From assembly GCF_018977255.1 (NCBI RefSeq), contig NW_024704742.1, positions 132,620,001 through 132,684,000 of the forward strand: 64,000 nucleotides of DNA, in the 5' to 3' direction. The notes under the pieces are model-generated. The model made no database searches. It had not been told where the DNA came from and saw only the letters and a list, made by a program, of their open reading frames with translations. The DNA comes from Callorhinchus milii. Taxonomy: Eukaryota. The position numbers and the translations under genes are program-made. Shown here piece after piece: positions 21,608-34,249 of this stretch. How positions within the stretch are numbered: the stretch's first letter is position 1; each line of letters starts with the position of its first letter.

Positions 21608-22329
21608 CTTTCATCAACCCCACCGCACCCCCCCCCCCCCCCCCCACTTCCTGAGGATGATAGAGGGATCATCTAAATGGTTGACAAAGAGGAATATTAA
21701 GCAGTGTGGTGGACAAGGCAGGACAGTGGGATTGTATTAAATCAGGACGAGAAGAAAAACTGCACCTATCTATTTGATGGGCAAATGGCTTGTTTCTGTG
21801 TTCTCATCCTCTGCAATACACACTGGACAGCTGTCTGGGTGGGTAATAATCGAACAATTCCTCTAAAGGCGATACAGTTATGAAAGGTCACAAGAGGGAT
21901 TGGGTGCAGCATAGACCCTGAACCACGGTGCGGAAACAAAGATCTAAAAATAAATGTGATCTCAAAATCAAATTATTATTATCGACAAAATCTAGAAATG
22001 TTTGCATCGGAAAATGGGAAGGTTCTGGGGAGATTTTATTGGCATTTTGAAAAGGGGAAACTGACAAACTGATCCTAAATGTAGTGGTTGATGCAAAAGG
22101 GCGTGGACAAGAGCAACAATTTGCATTTACACTAATAATCCTTGCCTTATCAGGTCGCTGAGACAGGAGTTTTAGTGAAGTGGAGTGACTGTGTATTTTG
22201 TGGGTGAAACACGGGAGCAGTTGCCCACAAACAACGATGGAGTGAGTCACAACAACAACACAACAACAACAACAACAACAAAATTACATTTGTAAAGCGC
22301 GTTTCACATCGGGAGGACGTCCCAAGGCT

Positions 22330-22600
22330 CCAAGATTGGAGTGACCAATCTTAACACAGGGAGAAACTCCCTTCTCTTTGAATAGTGCCATGGGATATTC
22401 AACAACCACCTGAACAGGCAGACGGGCCTTGAGTTAACGTCTCATCTGAAGAACAGTACCTTCGGCAATGAAACACACCCCCAGCACTGAATTGGAACGT
22501 CAGCTGAGAGCATGCGATTCCAAGTCCCAACTTGGGGCTTGAGCTCACAACCTTTTGACTCAGAGGTGAGAGCGCTACCACTGAGGCAGGCTGACACACA
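22330..22600 (-). mobile_element. Deu-domain SINE, 5' part
   Basis: Head GTCAGCCTGCCTCAGTGGTAGCGCTCTCACCTCTGAGTCA on the minus strand. Confidence 0.8.
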
Positions 22601-22624
22601 ATACAGCTACCTTAATGCAGGATT

Positions 22625-22936
22625 AAGTCCTGTAGCTCAGTGGTTAGAGCACTCGCCTTGCAAGCGAGACATCTGGGTTCAATTCCAGGCAGGGCGAAAC
22701 CTTGGGCAAGTTTCCTTACTCCACACGTTTAATAATAATCCCTCCAAAAAACAAAACAATAATAAATTGGTCATTTTCAATCCATGACTGTTTGTGGGAC
22801 ACAGCTATGCGCAATTGGCTGCCGTGTTATCCATTAATATACAGTCAATTCACTTTGCAGCATATTCTGTGAAGTGCTTTGAGACATCGAGAAGACGTGA
22901 AAAGCACTATATCAAAATGCAAGGATTATTATTATT
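22625..22936 (+). mobile_element. tRNA-Ala SINE, short subfamily
   Basis: Near-identical to 59839-60155. Confidence 0.9.
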
Positions 22937-23559
22937 AGGATAGCATATCTGCACAGTGGCGGGGTTGGACACCAAGCAAAGGGGGAAAGGGAGGTGACCA
23001 TAGGCGCGGTCGAAGGGGTAAGTCGTGAAGTGGGATTTAAAGATAGATAAAGGGGGTGAGGCCAAGGGATTGAGGCAGGGAGTTCGGAAGAGAGAAGGTG
23101 ATTTAGATTTTGATGTAACTACATTGAATGTAGACAGCGAATAATAAATATATGGAGCTGACTATCTAGGAAACAGAGAAGGCAAACTGAAGTGGGAATT
23201 GAATAGATTTCTCTGCAAAAACAGTCACAAGGATCACAAGAGGATCAGATGGAGAAGCCCCTTTGACTCATTCGATCTCATCTTGCTAGAATGCCAATAG
23301 TACCATTGTGAGTCCAATAACAGCATCAAAGGCGTTTCTTAAATGAGTCAACCAAACTTCCTCATAAGCAGCTCCAGGTGTTCATTGCCTGTGAGCAATG
23401 GAATACTTCCTTGTGTCTGTGCTAAGGTTGCCCTTTTCATCTGTGAACCTGTGCCCCCCTTATCCGGCTACTTTGGTGAAATGAAACATATTGTGTTGGG
23501 TTTACTTCCTCTATCCTGTTTAATAATAATAATAATAAAGAATAGCCCTTGCCTTTGAT

Positions 23560-23950
23560 AAAGCTCCTATAATGATGAGAACATCTTTAACTATCAGCAA
23601 AATTGTTTTGCCCACAAAATACACAGTCAATTGACTTTATAGTGTATTCTGTGAAGCTTTGAGACGTTTAGAAGATGTGATGAGGTGCTATATCAAAAGC
23701 AAGGATTGTTATTGTTATTATTTTTTGTAGGCCAACACAGCTGCCAATTTGGGACACAACATGTAAAACTTCCTTTCTCTTGTCGAATAGCACCACAGAA
23801 TCATTGACGTCCACCTGAACAGGCAGACGGGGTCTGGGTTTAACTTCTCATCCAAAGGATGGCAGCTCTGATAAGACAGAGCACCACCCCCCCCCCACCC
23901 CCTCTCCCAAAGCTGTATCAGAATGTCAGCCTAGACTATGAGCTCAAAGT
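23560..23950 (-). mobile_element. SINE fragments (Deu-domain body and tails)
   Basis: GTCCACCTGAACAGGCAGACGGGG..CTCATCC is the reverse complement of the Deu body; the left part contains plus-strand SINE tail sequence. Confidence 0.6.
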
Positions 23951-24759
23951 CCTGAGCATCTTATACACATCTCTTAAACCTCCCATGGAGACATTTCCTT
24001 TCCAGGTTGAAGGAACCTTGGATTATCTGATTGTTCCTCATTGTTCAAGCCTGTAAAACTGTGCCTCGGTTGCCCTCCTCTCTAGTGCCTGTGGATCTGA
24101 CTGATTTAAACGCATAATAGATAAGTGTATCATAGAGTCTTTGAACTTGGAATGGGCCAGATGTTCCACGATAGTCTTTTCCTGGCTGGTACATCTGGCC
24201 CGAGATGAGAAAACAAACAATTCTTTTGAAGCATTGCTTTATTTTATTTTGATCACAAAAGCTTCTTTCAATCATTAACAATATGTGGAAGGCCCCCTAC
24301 GATTGGAATATGACACCTCAATGGAAATATTTAAAGGACGCGACTTTAGAAGCTGGAGCTAATTCCGAGCTGGCTGCCCCTATTTTGGGGGGGTGGGGGG
24401 GTGGGGGGGAAAATATGAAGGTTGAAGGATTGATTCTGTGGAACATGTATCAAAGACCCGTCAAGTAATTCAGAAGGAAATGGTGTGAGATTCGTTGTTC
24501 TTTCTGCCTCTTTCATGTAATCTTTGGATTAGCTCCATCTGGAACGTGCTGCGGTTCTGACCCCATCCAGGATACAATCACACTTCCTCGTGCAGTCTCT
24601 AAGGGACAGATCAAACACAGTAGTTTTTTTTTATCTTTGCCTTGGAGCCTAACTACTGTATCAACCAGTTTTCTTCGCCACATGCTATAGTTTCGCTATT
24701 ACTCGCCCTTGGGAATTTTCTGTGCAAAATTAAACAGGCTGTATAAATTAACTGTTTAT

Positions 24760-25075
24760 GTGTAGCGTATTGGTTAGAGTGCTCGCCTTGCAAGAGAGAA
24801 GACCTGGGTTTGATTCTTCGCACACCTCTGTTTACCTAGCAGTAAGTAGGAACTCGATTGTTAGTCGATTGGCAAATCTCTTTCCAGGGGTAATAATCTC
24901 TTCGAAAATAAATAAATAAATAGTTTGGTCGCACAATCTACGACTGTGGGACATTGCTGTGCACAATTGGCTGCCACATTTCACCCACAAAATGCACAGT
25001 ATATTCTGTGAAGCACTTTGAGATATCACAACATGATAAGGCACTATATCAAATGCAAGGGTTATTATCATTATT
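24760..25075 (+). mobile_element. tRNA-Ala SINE, long subfamily (partly deleted)
   Basis: Head, CTCTGTTTACCTAGCAGTAAGTAGGAAC segment and tail. Confidence 0.8.
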
Positions 25076-25204
25076 AACTATTAAATCTCCCCATCATTGG
25101 TGGCCATGCCTTCAGATTTTAAACCCCTAAACACTCAAACTCCCTCCTATCCCTTTACCCCTCCGACTCATCCTCTCTCTATCTCTTTGTCCGTCCGCCA
25201 GTAT

Positions 25205-25490
25205 ACAGGCTTCAACTACCCTTACTGGAACCTGTTCCATTCATTAAATACCCTTTGGATAAAGAAAAACTTCCTGGTGTCCGTCCTGAAATTACCCTTT
25301 GCAGCTCTAAACCTATGTCCTCTTGTTGTATAGTCTTGGTTAACCTAGAGTATTGATCTGGGTTTATTTTTTCAATCCCATTTAAAATTTTATCCACCTC
25401 TCTAAGGTTCTCTGTGAGATATCTCTCAAGACTGAAAAGCTCTGGTTTGTCTAATGATTTCTCACAGCTCATTCCTCTAACATTAAGGAT
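25205..25490 (-). mobile_element. CR1 LINE 3' fragment
   Basis: LFSLER...LREVDKILNGIEKIN, typical of the CR1 ORF2 C-terminus. Confidence 0.8.
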
Positions 25491-26239
25491 CTCAAGACAC
25501 TATTTTGAAAAGAGACAGGAGTATCTCCTCGTGTCCTGAATAATAATCTAACAGCTAAATTGATTGTTCACTTTGTGGGTGTTTGTTGGACATCGCTGTA
25601 GGCAAATTGACCACTTTTCTTACAAATACAGTCTACACTTTACGAATCTCCTGTGAAGCCCAATGAGACATTTTGACATTATGTGTGCTGCACTAAATCT
25701 TAATATTATATTATGACTATTGATACCCTAACCCTGAGAATAATATTTCGATTTAAATCGAAGTGTAATAAACTTCCTTTCTTCCTTAATATTTCTCCCA
25801 CCAAAACACAGTCACACCACTTTAGGGAAAATACTGGTGAAGCATTTTGAAATGTTACAACGACGTGATAAGGCATTATATCAAATGCAAGGATTATTAT
25901 AATAGCTTCATTCCAGTGATAAGGTTTGAAAAGGCAGTTGCAATACCTATTAGCTACCCACGGGTGTCGATCTGCCTTTGAAAATTCTCTGCAGTGCACA
26001 AGTTAACTGTGGAAAACAGAAAACTGAAACTAAATAATAATAATCCTTGCATTTGACATAGCACCTTATCGCATCTTCGAGACGTCTCAAAGCCCTTCAC
26101 AGAATATACTGTACCGTGAATTGACTATATTTTGTGGGCGAAACGCATTTGCTAGAAATCTAATGCTGTCAACATCCACTGAAAGAGAAAGATGCAACAA
26201 ATGTTCAGTAAGACCTGTCTGTCTCTTTCAGAAACTGGT

Positions 26240-26810
26240 GACCCACCACCCCAGCCCCCGCCAACCGTCCGGTCACCTGCAGCATACCCCAAGGCTCCAT
26301 CCTTGGCCCTCTCCTTTTCCTCATCTACATACTCCCTCTCAGTAATGTGATCTCCAGACACGGGGGTCAACCTCCTCATGTATATGGATGACACCCAAAT
26401 CTACTTCTTCTCTAGCTGTGACCACCCCAAACCCCCTCTCCACCCAGGTCCACCAATGTTCTATTGTCAAGACATACATCATCTCCCTTCTCGATTATTC
26501 TAATGCCCTCCTCGGCGGTCTCCCCAGCTCCACAATTCATAAAATCCGATTAATTAATTCAAAAGTCTGTCGCCCGTATTCTCACCTAAATTAGACTTCA
26601 CACCTCCATTACCCCAGTCCTTGCCAGACTCCACTGGTCCCCCTATGGCACAACAGATCAATTTCCAGATCCTCACAAATCACTGCACACCCTGGTAGCT
26701 CCATACATCTCCGACCTGCTTACACCCGACTTCTCTGGCCGCCTCCATCACTCAGCTGACTCCGTCCTCATGTCCCTCTTCCACTCCGCTCCAGCATCGG
26801 CGACCATGAC
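26240..26810 (+). mobile_element. Degenerate L2 fragment
   Basis: [15 protein letters not shown] DNA, GATGACACCCAAAT, LDYSNALLGGLP. Confidence 0.75.
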
Positions 26811-27068
26811 CCCCTCCCCAGCCCAGATTGGGCTCCCCAGCCCAGATTGGGCTCCCCAGTGAGGCGCTTTAAGATGTCCTCCCGACCATCCCATCACCAT
26901 GCTTAAGAGTATTCAAACCAATCTGAAATTCCATGCATCCCAATTACACACTCTCTCCCTGGATGGACACATCTTGCTTACCTAATTCCAGAACATATTA
27001 GGCACAGGTTGGTAAGAGCCAAGGCTTGGGGACCCCAGAGTGTGCATTGGGGTAACTGCTGGATTATA

Positions 27069-28433
27069 CAACAACAACAACAACAACTTGGATTTATATA
27101 GCGCCCTCCACACCGGATGGTGTCTCAGAGCGCTTCACAGTAACGGATCCCGGGACCGAGCCAGGGGGAGGAGGAGGAAGGTGACCAAAGGTGCTGTCGA
27201 AAAGAAAGGTCTTCAGCAGAGATCTGAAAATGGGAAGGGAGGAAGCGAGACGAAGGGAGCGAGGAAAGCAGTTCCAGAGCCTTGGGGCATAGTGGCTGAA
27301 GGCACAGCCGCCGAGGGTGGAGCGGAGGACTCGGGGGACGAGGAGGAGGCCAGACCTGGAGGAACGAAGGCAACGGTTACTGTTTTGACGAGAGAGGAGG
27401 TCAGAGATGTAGGGGGGGTGCAGAGGAGTGGAGAGATTTGAATACAAGGGTGAGGATCTTGAAGTCGATCCTCTCTGGGACAGGCAGCCAGAGCGGTCTG
27501 GCAAGGACTGGGGTGATCGGGGAACAGAGTTTTGTGCGGGTGAGAATGCGGGCGGCAAGAGTTTGGAATGATTTGGATTTTATGGATGGAGTGGATGGGA
27601 GACCGGCGAACAGGGCGTTGGAGTAGTACTGCCGAGAGGTGACAGAGGCATGGACCAGGGGACCAGGGTTTCAGCGGCTTTTGGAGAGAGGTATTGGTGG
27701 AGACGGGTGATGCGTAGTAGTAGAAGGCGTAGCTGGTGAGGGACCGGATGTGGGGGACGAAGGATAATTGATGCCTAGGTTGCGTACAGGTTCAGAGAGT
27801 TTTAGGGGGAGATCGGGTAGGTGGAGGAGGTGAGAGCCGTGAGATTTTAGACGTTGACGAGAGCCAAAGATTATGGCTTCCGTCTTGTCAACGTTCAGCT
27901 GAAGGAACTTTGCGCTCATCCAGCTCTTGAGGTCTGACAGGCATACTGACAGAACATCAGGGGACTGGGGGTCGCAAAGAGAGGTGGAAAATAGAGTTGG
28001 GTGTCATCTGCATACATGTGGAAATGTACCCCATGTCCACGGATGACATCCCCAAGAGGGAGCATGTAGATCAGAAAGAGGAGGGGCCCAAGGATGGATC
28101 CTTGGGGTACCCCGCAGGTGACTGGGTGAGAGCGGGAGGAGAAGCTGTTTGTGCAGATGTACTTCTGGTGGTTTGTGAGGTAGGACTCGAACCAGGCGAG
28201 TGCGGTCCCACTGAGGTGGATGACGAAGAAAAGGCGGTGGAGGAGGATGGCGTGATCGACTGTGTTGAACGCGGCAGAGCGGTCCAGGAGGACGAGGAGG
28301 CAGAGGGAGCCCTGGTCACAGATAGAGAGGCTGTCGTTTATGACTTTCACAAGCGCAGTCTCTGTACTGTGGGCAGAGCGGAAACCGTACTGGAGGAGTT
28401 CGAAGAGGGAGTGGGAGGAGAGGTGTGCACGAA
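27069..28433 (-). mobile_element. L2 LINE, 5'-truncated, inserted in a family-A repeat with 6-bp TSD
   Basis: [37 protein letters not shown] duplicated at 27063-27068 and 28434-28439. Confidence 0.93.
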
Positions 28434-28895
28434 ATTATAACCAGCTAAAACTCCATAACTTGCCATTGATATCACCGTTTGGCAAGCTTTCCCGCTGCTT
28501 GTCCAGCTAAGACCACTCTACCTGTTAGGGCTTCGGCTTGGAGGGTTAACAGGAGCTGAGGTGGTGTGATTTCCTGCCCCCTGTAACGTTGTCGGTTGTT
28601 AGACAGAGAAACTGTACAGCTGGCAAATGGACCACCAGGGGGCTCCAGAGGCTCTCGGATGTGGTACAAGGAGGGATCGGCCATGGAAAGAAAGGCGGAG
28701 AAAGGATTAATTTGAACTGCAGTCTGGACTCTTTGAAAGCAGCTGGAAGAGGAATGTCAAAAATGTCCCTTCACCCAGTACACAAGAGAAATATGTATGG
28801 TGTGTGGTCCTTTGTAGCGTAACATAGACCAGGCCAACGGCTCAGCTCCTGTATCAGATACTCCAGGCTTGTGTATACTAGTGTTCTAGCCATGT

Positions 28896-29270
28896 GTAGT
28901 CCCGTAGCATATTGGTTAGAGCACTCGCCTCGCAAGCGAGAGGACCTGGGTTCGATTTCCAGGGCAGGGCGAAACTTTAGACAAGTTTCCTTACTTCACA
29001 CGCCTCTGTTTACCCAGCAGTAAGTAGAAACCTGGCTGTTAGTCGATTGGTGGATTGTTTTTCCGGGGGTAATGATCCCTTAAACAAAATATAATGATTT
29101 GGTTACTCAATCCACGACTGTTTGTGGGACATTGCTGTGCACAATTGGCTGCTGCATTTCGCCCACAAAATATACAGTCAATTCACTTTACAGTGTGTTC
29201 TGTGAAGCGCTTTGGGACGTCCTCCCGACGTGAAAAGCGCTATATCAAATGCAAGGATTATTATTATTAT
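28896..29270 (+). mobile_element. tRNA-Ala SINE, long subfamily, full length
   Basis: A/B boxes, CTCGC-CTCGCAA-GCGAG anticodon-like arm, central segment, L2-like tail. Confidence 0.9.
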
Positions 29271-29374
29271 TTATAGTATATTCTGTGAAACGCTTTGAGC
29301 GTCTCAAAGACATGATAAGGCATGCTACTATTCTGATCGACTCTTGGGCATGATTCCTGACTGCTGCTAACACA

Positions 29375-29650
29375 GGGTTCATAGGACCATAGAATCCTAC
29401 AATGCAGAAGAAGGCCATTTGGCCCATGGTGTCTGTGCTGGTTCTTTGAAAGAGCTATCCAATTAGTCCCACTCCCCCGCTCTTTCCCCATTGTCTTGCA
29501 TTTTTTTTTCTTTTCAAGTAAATATCCAATTCCCTTTTGAAAGTTATTGTTGAATCTGCTTCCACCACCCTTTCAGGCAGTGCATTCAGATTACAACTCG
29601 CGGTGTAAAAAAAAATTCTCCTCATCTCCCCTCTGGTTCTTTTGCCAGTG
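29375..29650 (-). mobile_element. CR1 LINE 3' end
   Basis: Minus strand ends GGGCCAAATGGCCTTCTTCTGCATTGTAGGATTCTATGGTCCTATG, a CR1-type terminus. Confidence 0.75.
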
Positions 29651-29987
29651 GATTTATGGCCGAAACTCTTTGGATTTATCGCTTGTACTGACTACAAACA
29701 AAATTAAACTCCTAAAAGTATTCAAACCCTTCAGAAATGGTATATATGGATAAAATCCTGTGAAGTGCTTTGAGACGTCTCAACCACGTAAAACCGTGCT
29801 ATATCAGATTCAAATGTTATTATTTTTATAGGGTTAATATTTGCGGTGCCCCCTAATCATATGCCTTGTGCTAATTAGCACATGGAACAGGTTGTTAATG
29901 ACCATTGTGAACTTTACCCCGAACAGGCACAAAACAAAACAAGAGACTTATTTTGTCAATAGGGGACTGAGGGGAAGGAGAAAAATG

Positions 29988-31460
29988 TACACGAGCTGCA
30001 GAGTTCTGAATGACCTGCAGCTTGTGGAGGGAGGTGGCGGGAAGGCCGACGAGGAGAGAGTTCCCATAGTCCAGCCTTGAGGTGACAAAGGCGTGGACCA
30101 GGGTTTCAGCAGCGTGAGGGGTGAGGTAATGCCGTAGTCTGGCGATGTTCCGGAGGTGATGGAAGGCGGTGCCAGTTGTGGTGCGGATGTGAGGGAGAAA
30201 GGACAGCTCAGGGTCGAACAAAACGCCGAGGTTCCTGACTGGCTTTGAGAGGTGGAGAGTGCAGCCTTGGATGCTGATGGTGTCAGCGCCTGAGGTGCGG
30301 AGGCGCTGACGTGAGCCAATCAGGAGGGCCTCGGTTTTTCGCACGTTGAGCTGAAGAAAGTTGTCTCTCGTCCAGGACTCGATGTCGGACAGGCAGGCTG
30401 TCAGGACATCGGTGGTCGTGGAGTTGAGAGTAGAGGAGGAAAGGTAGAGTTGGGTGTCATCCGCATACATGTGGAAGTTAACCCATGTCTGCGGATGATG
30501 TCACCAAGGGGGAGCATATAGAGGGTGAAGAGGAGGGGACCAAGGACAGAGCCCTGAGGGACACCACATGAGACAGTGCGGGGGGTGGAGGAGAAGCCAT
30601 TCGTCGAGACAAAGTGAAGACGGTGAGAAAGGTACGACCTAAACCATTCAAGGACAGTGCCTTGAAGGTTGAGGTGGGAGGACAAGCGGTGGAGTAGGAT
30701 AGCGTGGTCGACCGTATCGAATGCTGCCGATAGGTCGAGGAGGACGAGGAGACAGAGGGAGCCCTGGTCACAGATGGTCAGGATATCATTGGTGACCTTG
30801 ACCAGGGCAGTTTCTGTGCTATGGGCAGCACGGAAACCTGACTGAAGGGGTTCGAAAAGAGAATGGGTGGAAAGGAAAGAGCGCAGTTGGGAGGCGACAA
30901 CTCTTTCCAAGACCTTGGAGAGAAAGGGGAGGTTGGAGATGGGCCGGTAGCTTGATAGCTGCGACGCATCAAGGGAGGGTTTTTTCAGGGTGGGCGTGAT
31001 GATGGCAGTTTTTAATGGAATGGGGACAGAGCCAGAGGAGAGGGACAGGTTGATGATGTCAGTGATATGTGGGGCAAGAAAGTGGAGCTGGGAGATAAGG
31101 AGTGGAGTGGGGATGGGGTCAAGGGAGCAGGTGGTTGGTTTTAGGGATAGGATGAGTTCAGTGACAGAGGGTGGGGAAACGGGTACGAAGGTGTGTAGGG
31201 GAGGATGGGTAGGAGTCGGAGTGTGGGAGGGAAGGGGTGGGTGGTGGGTGGAAGTTGGAGGGGAAGTGACCGCGGAGCGGATTCCCTTGATCTTGGATTC
31301 AAGGAAATCCAGCATCTCCTCGCAGTGAAGGTTGGAGGAGATGACCTGCGCGGGGTGGCGGGGGGGACGGAGGAGTCGGGTTGTGGTGGAAAACAGTAGC
31401 CTGGGGTTGTTCTTCGCCTCCAGGATTATCCTGGAGTAGAAGGACGACTTGGCCGAGGCT
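29988..31460 (-). mobile_element. Young L2 LINE internal fragment with near-intact RT domain
   Basis: ORFs 30401-31315 and 29895-30470 give [52 protein letters not shown], with one frameshift near 30480. Confidence 0.96.
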
Positions 31461-31587
31461 AGAGTGGAGCGGTAAATTTTGAGGAGGTCCAGCCAGATAG
31501 GATAGCAAACAAGGAAATCTAATTGAAAAATGTTGTGAACGACGAGGCTTGAGAAGTTGGCTTTTTATCGAGGTACTTTTATTATGT

Positions 31588-31985
31588 GTCAAGACTGGCT
31601 CAGTTGGTACTACTCTCGCCTCTGAGGCAGAATGCTGTGGATTCAAACCCTACTTCAGAACTTGGAACCATTATAGACTATGTTGAGACTCCAATGCTGC
31701 GTTGGGGGTTGTGCTGCATTGTTGAGGTGCATCCTTCGGATGAGACGTTGACCCAGTGTCCCACCTGAGGTTCCGTTTGTCTGCTCAGATGGACGTTCAA
31801 GGCTCTAGTTAAAAATAGAAGGTAGTTTCTTCTGGTGTCCCAGCCAACGATCTCCCAGATACAATTGGTCGTTCACTTCATGGCTGTTTGTGGGACATCA
31901 CTGGGTGCAAATTGGCTGCTGCTTTTGCCTACAAAGTACACAGATCGCTAAACTTTGCCTATGCTTTGAGAATGCCCTCCTGACA
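31588..31985 (+). mobile_element. Deu-domain SINE
   Basis: Head TGGCTCAGTTGGTAC.., body CCTTCGGATGAGACGTT. Confidence 0.8.
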
Positions 31986-32479
31986 TCTTTGATCTTACCA
32001 TCCTCAACACCGTCACCCCCCCCACCACCACATACACACACGCACACTTCACACCACATTGTCTGTGTAAACCTCTTCATGCGAAAGGCAGTAATATAAG
32101 ATTGACTGGGAAATGAAATGATACAGTTATATATAGACTGTCTGAGAAGCTAATCCTGCCCAGCAACATCCCTCACACAACAGTAAGTAGAATTAGAAAT
32201 GAAAGATCTGGAAATAAATCAACTTGTGTTTAATATAGAATGTTGCTGTTGTACATAGGTGAACGATTGCACTATTGAGAGATGGTAAGAGACTGTTCGT
32301 TTTTATTGCAGCAAAGCCAATTTATCTAGATTAATTTATATGGCTGAAACTGCTGTGCTCAGCAGTCCAGATCTGGAGCTCAGAATGTAGGTCAAGCGGA
32401 AATTCTGATTCTAGCAGTGAGAACTTTGGACTTGAAACTAAGACATTAGACCACGTCTGCTTTAGCTCTAACAGGACCT

Positions 32480-33040
32480 CCGCTTAGCCTCCTTGAGTGG
32501 GGCTGGAGGAGAGGGTAGTTAGGATTACCCCCTCCTTTGAGCTGAGCTGGCTACAAGGTGATGTTCTTGGCAAAGGAATATTGGTGTCCAGCCAATCCTC
32601 TGTGGCAGTTTTGGTAGCCGGGCAGATCCTGAACGAGACATGTCCGAAGTCCTCCAGGGCACTGATGATAACAGCACAGCAGATTAGGGGCAGACCAGTG
32701 ACTGAGAGTAGGAATTCTTCTCACTCAGCTCCTGATAACCCTGAAACTTTTAGCCTGTGAAAACCCAGCAGTTAGGCCAACGCACCTTCTGGGCTGCCTA
32801 AGCCTTGGCTCTTGACAACCTGCGCGTTAAAACTCCCTGGTGATAGGTAAGCAGGGTGAGTCTGACCAAGGAAAGAGTGCATTCCATTCCAGACACAGAG
32901 AAATTCCCATGTGGAAGTGGCACATGTACGTGGCACTTTCAGTCTGGGTTGGATACTTTTAAGCATGTTTTTTGTTTGGTCAGCCGGGTGTCTGACACAT
33001 GCAGCCATGTATCACCGTGCTTAACAGTATCCATACCAGA
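32480..33040 (+). repeat. Family-A repeat, long copy with fold-back 3' end
   Basis: Colinear with other family-A copies to 32967, then the family's terminal segment appears inverted (32970-33040). Confidence 0.8.
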
Positions 33041-33149
33041 TGCAATTTATTACTATTATTTTTGTGAAAACATAGATTGAGCTGTCCTGGAAATTTGCAT
33101 AGGAAAACAATTGAGATTATTGAAACATACTTGAGAAGTAAGCAAGGAG

Positions 33150-33660
33150 TACAACAACAACAACTTGCACTTATATAGCGCCCTCCACGCAGAATAGCAT
33201 CTCAGAGCGCTTAACAGTGGTGGAGCCTGACTCCGAGCCAGCTGGGGCGGGGGGAGGGGGTTCAGTGGTGAGGAGGTGGCCGTAAGCACGGTCGAAAAGA
33301 AAAGTTTTCAGGCGGGACTTGAAAAATGGGAGAGTGGGGGCAAGGCGGAGGGTCTGAGGGAGAGTGTTCCAGAATTTCGGGGCGTAGTGGCTGAAATCGC
33401 GATCTCCAATGGTAGGGCAGATGGTGCGAGGTACAAGCAGGAGGGAGGCCGGTGACAGTCGAGCGGAGGCCCCTAGTGGTGGATTGGGGAATGAGGAGGG
33501 TCGGAGAGGCAGGGAGATGCCAGGGAGTGAATGGTTTTGAACACAAGTGTGAGGATTGATCTGTTCGGTGATGGGGAGCCAGTGGGAGTATGGCCAGAAC
33601 TGGTGAGATGTGGGTATGGAGTTTGGTAATTATGCAGGCGGCAGAGTGTTGAGGGGTTTG
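33150..33660 (-). mobile_element. L2 LINE 3' fragment
   Basis: (AAC)n tail, stem-loop, decayed RT C-terminus. Confidence 0.8.
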
Positions 33661-33904
33661 GAGAAAAAGCAAGGAAATGGGATTAGTGCTCAATGGATTA
33701 GGTGTTGTGCCTTACCAGGGATTGTGGTTTCACGTTCCATTTGGGGTGAGCTCAACCAGGAGTCAACCTGGTTCAGTCGGTTGCACTCTTGTCTCTGGGA
33801 CTTTGAGCTCAGAGTCTAAGCTGACACTCTGATACAATACTGATGGTGGATTGCGTGTATCGAATATTCATACGTGTTGCATGTAGCGTTGCAATATCTA
33901 ACTA

Positions 33905-34249
33905 TAATAATAATTCTTGCTTTTGGTATAGCAGCTCATCATTGAGACATTTCAAAGAAATTCACAGAATATGTTGTAAAGTGGATTGACTGTGTATTTT
34001 GTGGGCAAAACGTGGCAGCAAATTGCACAAAGCAGTGTCCCACAAACAGTTCTGGACTGAATGATCAAATCTGTTTTTGGAAGGATTATTAACCCCTGGA
34101 AAGCGATCCACCAATCGACTAACAACTGCTGGGTAAACAAAGGTGTGTGGAGTAAGGAAACTTGTCCAAGGTTTCACCCCACCCGGGAATTGATCTGGGG
34201 TCCTCCCACTTGTGAGGCGAGTGCTCTAACCACTATGCTACCGGACTCC
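33905..34249 (-). mobile_element. tRNA-Ala SINE, long subfamily
   Basis: Head at 34249, tail at 33905. Confidence 0.85.

Noticed and set aside
26820..26859. 19-bp tandem duplication (also a 17-bp one near 40588-40625)
   Set aside because: Simple two-unit slippage duplications, not an array; no CRISPR-like repeat-spacer structure anywhere in the window.
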